A stretch of 63,884 bases of DNA, from contig NC_068999.1 of the NCBI RefSeq assembly GCF_001194135.2, positions 2,272,461 through 2,336,344 on the forward strand, given 5' to 3'. The DNA is from Octopus bimaculoides. Its lineage: Eukaryota. Made by a program: the position numbers and the translations under genes. The notes under the pieces are model-generated. The model had not been told where the DNA came from and did not search any database. It saw only the letters and a list, made by a program, of their open reading frames with translations. Shown piece after piece: positions 52,535 through 63,734 of this stretch. How positions within the stretch are numbered: position 1 is the first letter of the stretch; every line of letters begins with the position of its first letter.

Positions 52535-54770
52535 CAGTGTGTGAATTATTTTTTGTACATAGCTGCACACAGAAATATGAATGACATTCACTGTGAAATT
52601 TTATCTGGATGAACAAATTTCTCCTTTAGACTTTCATTGTGAAAAGCAGACCATCAGACACTTGTCTTTCAGTTTGATTTCATCTCCTCAGTGATAGATA
52701 CCACCTTCCACCTTTAGTGCTTGACAGAAACTTCTGTTCCTATGTAAAAATTGGCAAGCAAAACATTTGTTGATGTCTGCTGAAGTGTGCAAAGCTGGAA
52801 TTAATTCAATGCAAGCTTATTAAATAGTAAGAATCATAAAAAAAAAAAAAGAAATATTTTATTCTTTACTGAGCCACAAACCTCTTGCTCTTTTCTGTTG
52901 CATTTGCTAGACTCTACATTCTAAATTGCTCCAGAATGTTGTCTGTGTGTATTTAAACGTCTCTACTCTCCATGCTATACTCTACATTCTTATCACTCTT
53001 GAGAAATTAAGTGAACCCGTGATTAGCCAGTCAATTACTTATCAACACTTTTGTACACAAAACTTTCTTGGATTGCAGAGATTTGTGAAAAGATTTACTG
53101 TTTAAATCTTTCAATTTTTAGGTACAATGGAGGAATTCACGGGTGAACTAAAACCGACTGAAGCTGGACATTTATACCGACTTGATAAAGACCGATCACT
53201 GCATACCGTCAAAGATAAGATCAATATATCTAATGGTTTGGCCTGGACATCAGATGACAAAACCATGTTCTACACCCATTCTACTCCAAGAAAAGTGTTT
53301 TCTTATGACTATGACGTTTCTAAAGGAGAAATCTGTAAGTTTTGTCAGTCTGAAGTGTTTCTTTGTTTAGAAATTTGAAAATTGAAGCAAGGATTTTCAA
53401 TTGGAATTGACAAGTGTATTACAAAATAACATGTTTTCATTTACAGTCCTATATTTAAGAGATGAGGAATTATGTACATTATTTACATTATTTACATTTG
53501 ACGGATATTTGCAATTATTCTTGAAATAATTTTTATTTCGTTCATCAATTTGAATATAATCTCATACAAATACAGTGTGGTCTCATATTCATAAAATGTG
53601 AGCTGTTGAACATTTCGAACACTTTTCACCAGTGAAATCAGATGTATCCACAAAAGATTTCACAACCATTAACTGCAGTAAACAGCTTTATATATCAAAC
53701 CAATTTTTGTTGTGGAATGTCATGTTTAGATCTATTTTTTATTGAGATATGTTAAGTGTATTGTGACAATGTGGCATGCAGGAAATATCAATTCTAACTT
53801 TTGTTTGATATTTACATCATTTCTAGAATAGCCATGAAATTTAATTTTACAGGCTTAACTGAGATTATCCATGTAATTTACAAATTTCTTGCTAAAAGTT
53901 TAAAACACTCAAAAGACAATAAATTTAATTAATCCTTAAAATGTTGTCATGGAAACATTTTATTTTAGCAATAAATATTTTCTGTTTCTTTCTTTAGCCA
54001 GAGAACAAGTGGTTATTGATTTTGAAGGCAAAGAATTCCATGAATTTGGGATACCCGATGGAATGGCAATTGATTTGAATGACAAGATATGGCTGGCTTG
54101 CTTCTCCAGTAGCCAAGTATTCCAGATTGACCCAGAAACAGGTACAGAAAATGTTATTTCTTTAATTAAACGTCTCACTCATTGAGCCTGTCAGAGTCTG
54201 TATTTGTTGTGGCTACTCTAGTCTAGTCTAACCTCATGGCCTAGTGGTAAAGATTTTACACTCGCAATCACAAGATAGTGGTTTCAATTCCCAGACTGGG
54301 CTACGTGCTGTGTTTTCAAGCAAAAAACTTTATTTTATGTTGCTTTAGTCCACTCAACTGTTCAGGGGAAGTGCTGTAATCTCAGTCACTTATGCACCAT
54401 GGAAGCTGGGTCACCAGCCACATAAATCCTAGGTTTGCTGGCAATGACTCCAATCAATGTGATTGATTGAAATAATGAAGATAATATTGAAGGTAGTAGG
54501 TTGTATAGTTTTCAGTTTTGGACAATTCCTTTGACTTATTTAATTTTAAAACTAATTTCAGGTAAAATTCTGACGTCAGTCAAATTTCCCACAAGTCAAA
54601 TCACTTCCTGTTGTTTTGGAGGCCCAAACTATGACGAGCTGTATGTGACATCGAGTGCTTCCTTTTTGACAGAAGAACAGTTACAAAATGAAGAGAAATT
54701 TGCCGGAAGTGTTTTCAAGGTCACCGGGTTGGGAGCTAAAGGGAAAGCAGCTCCTAACTTTCAAGGATAG
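51781..54770 (+). CDS. RGN: Regucalcin/SMP-30 family protein, paralog C (301 aa, retains canonical NRFNDGK)
   Basis: Exons 51781-51937, 52176-52358, 53122-53334, 53998-54141, 54562-54770 (906 nt). Same motifs and exon sizes as paralog B. Confidence 0.94.
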
Positions 54771-55039
54771 TCTACAACACTCTCCAGGTACACGTAATAA
54801 TATGAAGATCACTGGTGCTACAATTATGTTTGTTCATAGATGTGTTTTATAAAATCAATAATGAAATAAATGAAATTCAAGAGACTGTCTTGTTTGTTTT
54901 GTATTCTTTCTCCTTTATATGTGGCCTTGGGGTTTAGATGTTCTTCTTAGAAGAAGCAGACACATAATTTGGTTGTGTGCCAGTGAATATACAAAGACAG
55001 AAGGGCAGGGATGAAATTTGTTTCATGGAGTTTTGTTTT

Positions 55040-55255
55040 TCAAATTACTTGGTGACCCTGTCAGTACAGGTGCCACTTAAAATGCATCCAGTCCACACTG
55101 TAAAGTGGTTGATGTTCGGAAGGGCATCCAGCTGTAAAAACCTTGCCAAAACAGACACAGAAGTCTAGTGCAGGCTTCTGCTTGACTGGTTCCTGTCAAA
55201 CCGACCCATCCATTCCAGCATGGATGGTGGACATAAAACAATGATGATGATGATG
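55040..55255 (+). mobile_element. RTE-tail short retroposon; other copies near 15310-15470, 18890-19075, 26300-26370, 28250-28420 (minus strand)
   Basis: GGAAGGGCATCCAGCTGTAAAAACCTTGCC...CAGCATGGA...(ATG)n tail, shared with the RTE fragments. Confidence 0.75.
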
Positions 55256-55345
55256 ATGCAAACCCAGAACCAAAATTTTTTACAAAGTCAATTTTAAAAA
55301 AATCTTTGTATCAAAATAAATACAGGCATTAAAATAATAATAATA

Positions 55346-55540
55346 ATACTCTTTTACTTGTTTCAGTCATTTGACTGTGGCCATGCTGGAGCGCCGCCTT
55401 TAGTCAAGCAAAGCGACTCCAGGAAGCCTAGTACTTATTCTATCGGTCTCTTTTGCCCAGCCGCTAAGTTACGGGGACGTAAACACACCACCATTGGGTG
55501 TCAAGCGATGGTAGAGGGACAAACACAGACACACAAACAC

Positions 55541-55598
<58 letters not shown>

Positions 55599-55760
55599 GA
55601 TGGGCTTCTTTCAGTTTCCGTCAACCAAATCCACTCACAAGGCTTTGGTCGGTCCGAGGCTATAGAAGAAGACACTTGCCCAAGGTGCCACACAGTGGGA
55701 CTGAACCTGGAACCATGTGGTTGGTAAGCAAGCTACTTACCACACAGCCACTCCTGCGCC
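55346..55760 (-). mobile_element. Full-length tRNA-derived SINE (family 1, bipartite with internal CA/TA microsatellite)
   Basis: Head GGCGCAGGAGTGGCTGTGTGGT...GGTTCAGTCCC (A/B boxes), CCTTGGGCAAGTGTCTTCT core, internal microsatellite, 3' half ending CAGTCAAATGACTGAAACAAGTAAAAGAG. Flanked by (TAA)n on both sides. Confidence 0.88.
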
Positions 55761-56261
55761 TATAATAATAATAATAATAATCATGATAATAATTACTATT
55801 ATATTTGTACATCAATCATAGGCTTGCAGGAATAGGGACGACATGAAACTAAAGAACCGCTAATCTAAGACTATTTAAGAATAGGAAGTAGGTCTAAGCA
55901 AAAATGCAAGTAGTCTTTTGTTATCAAATCAACGTGTGTTTTATGACTAAAAGTCTGAAATAGAACACGACTGTTCCAAGAAAAGAAAAAAGCTAATAGA
56001 ATAATGTCAGAAAAATAAAATTAATGTTATAGCTTGATTCCGTAATCATGTGAGGATGAGAAAACATGAGTCTTAGGAAAATAATAGAGTAGTAGAGAAT
56101 GTAGTGTTCATGTTAGTAATTAGTTTGTGTGGTTTGTGAATCAATAGAACAATAAAAGAGATGAACGTACATGTTCACTACCATTTATGTTCCAGTATTA
56201 GTTTTGGTCATTCACATCAGCCAAATAGTCAATATACTGTCTGTTTTAGATGCAGTATAAG

Positions 56262-56321
<60 letters not shown>

Positions 56322-57704
56322 CTCTTCGCATCTGATCTCTTTCTTAAGCTCCTGAACAAATTTGACAATCCAATCAAAGGTGACATTGGCCTGCTTGCCT
56401 AGCTAAGAAGGTGGCAGCGTTCAAAAGCTAAAACGAGACAAAGCGCATTGTGACTAGCAATGTATAACATCCAATAGTCTGGTCAATCATGTGATCATGT
56501 GATGATGAAAGTACAAAGATTCTATTGCAATCGTTGAGTATAGGTGGTTCATGAGTGATTACCTTTCTCTGTATATTAATTAAAATTATAATCAACATGA
56601 TATTAGTATTGGTGCTTGTGAACTTCAGAGTCTGGAAGAAGAATCAAAAGGGGTGGGGGTGTAGTTAAAACTGAGAAATCTAGAAATTTCCATTCAGTTG
56701 GAATTGCTTTTTAAATCACTTATAAATAAAATAGATTTACAAAAAGTCACATCCCATTTGTCTGTTAAATGAGGAAACTATTAAATGACGAAACAATTAT
56801 TATTTATCATTTTATAATTGTTTTAAATATAAATCAAAAATCGATTAATTTTATAATTGCAATTGATCAAAGATGTAGCAATCTTAGGCAACGATAAGTT
56901 AGGTTCCACCATCATTGCATGCACTATTTTATCCAGTCAGATATTTTAACACATAGCCTGGTAGTCTGAGAGTCATTTTTGGTTTGTTTACTATGGGACA
57001 GTAGTCTCATACATACATGAGATGAAACGGAATGGTTTGAAGGACGTTTTCCTGTAACACTATGCAATTAATGACTGTTTTGTAAGTATGCCATACCAGT
57101 ATTGACTAATATTCTTTCACTGGTTACTGTTATTGGACTGTGGCCATGCTGGAGCAATACCTTCAGGGGTTCATTGAGGATATTGATTCTAGTATTTATA
57201 TTTCTGTCTGGAATTTATTTTATGGACTGACTTGTTTGTCAAACTGCTAAGTTAAACTGCTAGGTTACAGGGCAAGAACAACTCTGGGAGTTCTCAAGTA
57301 AACATAAATGTATGCACACACTTGCACTACATACCCGCACACACATGCACACACACACGCACACACACACACATACAATATGACAGGATTCCAAACAGTT
57401 TCTGTCAAGCCAATTTCACTTTAAAGATATGGTTTCATCTGAAGTTATAACAGAAGACAATTGACCAAGGTGCCATGCAATAGAACTGAACCAGAAAACA
57501 TGTGATTGCACAGAGACCTTCTTAACCACATAACCACACACGTACATAGAGAGAAGAAAGAACACAAAACAAACAAACAAAAAAGTCTCTTTCTCTAATT
57601 TACTTTTATTTCATTATTAATTTTATAAAATATAACTGTGATAAAACATAATTATAATATCTGTGGTTTTTCAGTTACTACATATACCTGGATAGTGGTG
57701 TAGA

Positions 57705-60525
57705 CTATCCCTGAAAGACGGGAGCTGCTTTACCTTTTGCCCCCAACTCGGTAACCTTAAACACACTTCCAGCAAGTTTCTCTTCATTTTGCAACTGATT
57801 CTCCGTCAAACGGCTGGCACTTGATGTCACATAAAGTTCGTCATAGTTTGGGCCTCCAAAACAACAGGAAGTGACTTGACTGACAGGAAACTTGACTGAT
57901 GTTAGAATTTTACCTGAAATTGTTTTTAAAATTGAAACGAAGAATTAAAAAGATATCTTATTTTTGAATTTTTCTTTTGCAAGAATTCTGACCTGCAGCC
58001 TGGAATTGTATTTCAAGTAAGTCATACTAATTACAAAACCTTTAAACACTGGGCCTCTTCAGTTTTTGATTAAATTCCCAGAAATTTTTCCATTTCTATT
58101 TTTCTTCTTAATGGTTTTAATTTATTCAACTAATTTTTTTTTTCTTTTGTATGTTATCATATTGTCTTATCTCTATGTTAAACATGTCCACACATTGTTT
58201 TGCTGCTGTATCAGCTTGCATTGGTTTTATTGTATTTTATTTTTTCATTTCATCTGACTGTTTTTGTTGTTGCCTACATAAGAACAAATGTATTTATTTT
58301 ATGATTATAGAATGTGATGTGAGGGAGATATGGCTGTTATTTTTGTTAGATAAAATGATCATGAGAAATAGAGATTCTTTCGTCTTGTGTCACACAGTTT
58401 TTGAGTAAAGAAATAAAACATTTTATACCTGTTTCTGGATCAATCTGGAATACTTTGCCACTAGAGAAGCAAGCCAACCATATCTTATCATTTAAATCAA
58501 TTGTCATTCCATCTGGCACCCCATATTCGTGGAGTTCTTGGCCTTCAAAATCAATAACCACTTGTTCTCTGGCTAAATATGGAAACAGAAAATATTTACT
58601 ATTAAAATAAAATATCTCCATGACAACAGTAGAAGAATTGTCTATTGAATTCCATGTTTTAAATTGATAGCTGGCTTCAAATTTCTCAATGCAAAAGCAT
58701 GTTTACATGTGAATGTATATATTTATGTGTGAGTATACTGAGGATTGAACTCACTCTGCACCATATTCACTTTTAATTACCAATTAATAAAATTGCAAAT
58801 TACAAGATTTCTGCTTTGTGTTTTTGGGACAGAATTAATTAAATAACAATTGTCCTAATCAATAAGGGGGTAATTTAATTTTTTCTCCTTATTGATTCTC
58901 ACATTTTACGTAAATGTGACCCTTTCATATTTGTTTACCATGTGGACCTCTGTTTTAGGATAAATACACTGAGTCCCTTTGTGTTATAAGAAGTGACTAA
59001 AAAGAGTTGGCAGCAGGAAGGATGTCTGATCATAAATCACTATCTTAGAAAATCTCTCCAAGCAATGCCAGCCTGGAAAAATGGAAGTAAGATACCGATA
59101 AAGGCCTGGTGGGTGTAGAGGAAGAAAATTATTTCAAGAATAAATAATTGTAAATACAACAGAATTAATTTTAATGAATTGAATTAAATTTTATTAAGTT
59201 TTTGTGATAGAGCAGCAGACAAAAATACCTTGTGCTATTTTGAAACTTGCCTTTAGGTTTTAAACCAAAATCCTTGGATCTTTACCAATATCTAATTAAA
59301 AAAACACTTAAGACTGACAATACTTACAGATTTCTCCGGTAGAAACATCATAGTCATAAGAAAATACTTTTCTAGGAAGCGTATGGGTGTAGAACATGGT
59401 TTTATCATCTGCTGTCCATGTCATACCATTAGATATATTGATCTTGTCTTTGATGGCATTGACCGAGAGATCTTTATCAATTCGATAAAGATGTCCAGCT
59501 TCAGTTATTTCAAGTTTGTCCTTGATTGTCTTCATGGTACCTAAAATTAGGAAAGTTGAAAAAAAAAAATAGTAACATTTCCTGAAAATCTTAGAAGTGC
59601 ACAAATATTTTGTGTCTGGTTAATCTAACTTCAAATTATAACCTGTATTGCCTTTCAAAATAGAAGAATGTTGTTTTAAGCATTTTTGGTCATAGGTTTA
59701 CTTGCTTGTCGGATATGACCTGGAGGTAAACAACAACAACATCCACAACAACATCATTGAAAATTTAAAAAATACAGAAGAAAGTTTCAATTAATAAATT
59801 CAATTGAAACAGCTTTTGATTAAACTACTGATATATGATAACTACAGGTATATAATTATGTAAAACAAATGTGGAATGACCCTAGCTGTAATGTTGGCTT
59901 CAAAGAAAATTCTCAAAAAGGTATTTGTGTTCAAACCCAGAATTTTGCTAAGAATGGCATGGATTTTCCAAATATGGCATTTCAAAATTTCAATAAATAG
60001 TAATAATAATAAACAATATATTCAAATACAATATTGTTACAAGTAATACTATAAGTATCACTGGACTTTGGAGCTAAGCCAAAAAATGTTTGTTCTGGTA
60101 TGAAAATTGATAAACAAAAAAATTATTTATTTGTGTGAAAGCTAACCAGACTTGGATTAAAATAACAATGTACAGGAAACAAAAGACAAGCTTTTCTCAT
60201 GCATAAACAATGAAATACAAACCTGTCCACAGTCGACCATAACTGTCACATTTACCGTCGTTGAATACATTTTCTGGTTTATCGGATTCTATTTTGATGA
60301 AAGGTTTTAATTCTTGAGTCTCCCAGTCAAAATCAGCAAGTTGGGCAAAACAGGCAACGATGTAACCACCAGACTCTCGAGGAATAATGAAGCTTACGTA
60401 TCCATCTAATAAATTTGACACAAAACAAGAGAAGATGAAAATATTTGGGGATATAAGCCTTTGTACATATCGTGATGGAAACATCATGTTTCACTTCATA
60501 CACACACATATTCATACACACATAT

Positions 60526-60578
<53 letters not shown>

Positions 60579-60754
60579 ACTGACCAAGATGACGTCCAGT
60601 TCTACGTTTTCTGTGGCTGTAATTACAAACCTCATTTAATTGCCTTTGTCTTATCTCTCATTCTTTTATTTGACATCAACCATTTGTCAAATCTACCATA
60701 ATTAGCCTTCAACACACAGTTACATACACACACACACACACGGATGAATATCCC

Positions 60755-60798
<44 letters not shown>

Positions 60799-61229
60799 CA
60801 CATGCACACACTAACACACACACTCACTCATACACACACATAAATATACGTACGTAGAAACATCAAAGAAATCTGATTTTAGGAATTTATCAAATCTGCC
60901 ATAATTAGCCTTCCACACACACACACACACACACTGTAACGAGTGGTACCCAACATACTCAGTGACTGACTTGAACTCTCTCAAGAAGAACTGAAATTGA
61001 ACACACACATACATAGACACACACACACACACACACACACAGATGTACAAAAATACAGATATACATACATACCAGCTTTAAACTTGGTGTGTGTGTAGTC
61101 AACAGAATTCCATTTATGTAAATGTCCAGTTTCTACATCAACAAACAGCAAGGATTTGGTGCTTTCCTCCCAATGTGGTCCTTCCCCAGATTTCTGGCAG
61201 ACATTCTTCAAGGCAACAGACACAGACAT
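57705..61229 (-). CDS. RGN: Regucalcin/SMP-30 family protein, paralog D (301 aa), convergent with C
   Basis: Minus-strand exons 61229-61073, 60405-60223, 59540-59328, 58572-58429, 57913-57705 (906 nt, GT-AG, intact). Same motifs as the other copies. Confidence 0.93.
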
Positions 61230-61590
61230 CTCGTCGATGAAGAAATGAAATCAAAAAACCCAAAATATATAATACAAGATGCATTCCAGATGTTTTGAGA
61301 CTTTTTTTTGGTGACACAGCTATGGCTGTCCTAAATTGATTATTGTAATTTTGGTGTATTATTACTACACATCTGTCTAATAAGCTGACCTGCCAAATTT
61401 TGTTATTCCAGATTGAAGGAGATAGCTGAAGCAGCACATTGAATACACCTTACAAGACACTGCTTATCGCAGGTGACTAGTTTGCAGAATGCCATCAGGA
61501 TGCGAAGACAATTTGGAAGCTGACTACCCCCACCCCCCGTGGCTACAGGCTACGTGGATACTATACACATGACAACACACCCCCTACAAC

Positions 61591-61909
61591 GAAGAAGAAG
61601 AAGAAGAAGAAGAAGCTGAAGAAGAAGACGAAGAAGAAGAAGAAGAAGAAGAAGAAGAAGAAGACGAAGAAGAAGAAGAAGAAGAAGAAGAAGAAGAAGA
61701 AGAAGAAGACGAAGAATAAGAAGANNNNNNNNNNGCTGAAGAAGAAGAAGAAGAAGAAGAAGAAGAAGAAGAAGAAGAAGAAGAAGAAGAAGGAGAAGAA
61801 GAAGAAGCTGAAGAAGAAGCTGAAGAAGAAGAAGAAGCTGAAGAAGAATAAGAAGAAGAAGCTGAAGAAGAAGAAGAAGCTGAAGAAGAAGAAGAAGAAG
61901 AAGAAGAAG
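61591..61909. repeat. Long interrupted (GAA)n tract upstream of RGN-D
   Basis: About 320 bp of GAA with GCT/GAC interruptions and one 10-N gap. Confidence 0.95.
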
Positions 61910-62729
61910 ATACCTGTTTCTTGTGGTGATTTAGTAAGCCTTTGTTGTAGTCTATGTTTTTGTAGAGTTATTGAAGTCCAGGATGGTGCACAGGGTGCCA
62001 GACCCGTCTCTCTCACAGCAAACAAATCTGTTCCTTCTGGTGAACTGTCAGCTTTTATTAAATTCTGATACAGGAAACCACCAAAAGTTGTTGATAAAAG
62101 AGGCAAGAAGGCCTACTGATGTCTTTGAAGAAAAATAGAGAGAGAGAGAGGGGGGTGGTGGACTGAGTTAGAGTATTAGTGTGATGGGGAGGAACAATAA
62201 AGAGAGAATGAGTGAGAGAGAAAGTAAGAGTAAAGAAGGGAGACAAATGGACAAATATAAGAAATGAAACATACACAACACAAGACAATGAGAGGATCTG
62301 CTAAAAATAACAGCAAAATCTTTCTCCAATCACACTTTTGTTTTAAAGATTTTTAAAAGCCTTATCAGAGGAGAAAGGGCAACATTCGTGACTATTTTCA
62401 GGATTTCCAGACCTTGAGGTGGTGGTCATGGATGGAGAAGCAGTTAACTCTTCTTTGACTAGAGACTAAACCCGAATACTTGCAACTAAGGGATTCCACT
62501 AAATGTCCCTGGGGAGAGGCAACAAATTAACACTAAAAGGCACAATAATCAAACAGGTTCGCACGCAATATTGTCCCTCAGCCAAATATCACTTGCTCAA
62601 CCTGAGGATATTGTAACAGATAATTAGTCAAGGTGCATTGCACACCTTCATTTGTTTTTGAAGGTTCTATATTTTTATATATTTTCTCTCGTTGGCCACA
62701 GGCATTGCAGTGCAGCTGCGAGGGGAAAT

Positions 62730-63070
62730 CATTGAATCACCGTCTGTGAGTTATCAGAGGATGTGCAGATTAGTTACGGTTCAGTTCAGTCCATTATCGC
62801 TGAAGATTTGGGTATGAGACGCGTGTCTGCCAAGTTTGTGCCAGAACTGCTTTCAGCTGACCAAAAGGACACTTGGGTTTCACTTGCACAAGATCTTCTT
62901 GATTGTGTTAAGAACGATGAAAACTCTTTGAAAACTTTGCTTAGGCCTCTAAGCAGGTATCTCCAAGCTTTTGATAAAATTTGATGCAGATTCTCTGCTC
63001 AACTTTTTCTGTCATAGTCAATGCAATGATTACATGCTGCATATGTTCCAAGCACTACTGCAAACAGCAG
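62730..63070 (+). mobile_element. Mariner transposase fragment
   Basis: ISYGSVQSIIAEDLGMRRVSAKFVPELLSADQK. Confidence 0.8.
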
Positions 63071-63203
63071 GAAGTGAGCTTGAATGTTAAAACTTAGTGT
63101 GCATGCATGGCAGAGTTTGAGGCCAATTTATGCCAAACAGCTTCACTCTGTGGGCTTCAGCTTTGTTACTATGGGACAACAGTCTGGATACTTATTGATC
63201 AGA

Positions 63204-63294
<91 letters not shown>

Positions 63295-63734
63295 TGTAAA
63301 TGCGTGCAATTCCTGCCATTCTAATGAGGGCAATGTCCTTTTTTGAAGCATGTCAAGGAATATATGAATAAGCTATCTCCATGATAACCATTATCTAGAT
63401 TCTTATTAGGTATTGTTATTTAACACCAGACACAGATACAGTCCATAGTCCATAGACATATTATCAATGACACACCAAATGAGATCAGCATCGCTTTCTT
63501 AAAAGTAAGTATAAAAACTAGATAGATGGCTGGATGGACAGATGGAGGGAAGGACAAACAGAGAGATAGATGACAAGCGTCCACACACTTTCTGTCTACC
63601 AAATTTCCCTCACAAAGCACTGCGCAATCTGAAACTATGATAGAAGACATTTGCCCAAGGTTCCATGGAATGGGATCAAACCTGAAGCCATGTGGTTGCA
63701 AAGAGACCATCTTAATCACATATTCATATATAAA

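Noticed and set aside
60680-60945. About 40-bp duplicated unit (TCAAATCT.CCATAATTAGCCTT) in RGN-D intron 1
   Set aside because: A local slippage duplication next to CA repeats, with no sign of function.
34658-61229. Calling the cluster squid-type DFPase
   Set aside because: The fold and metal ligands are shared, but the motifs ([27 protein letters not shown]) and the about 300-aa length fit regucalcin/SMP-30. DFPase-like activity remains only a hypothesis.
61561-62106. Poly-Phe / poly-Glu ORF
   Set aside because: It is a translation of the (GAA)n tract.
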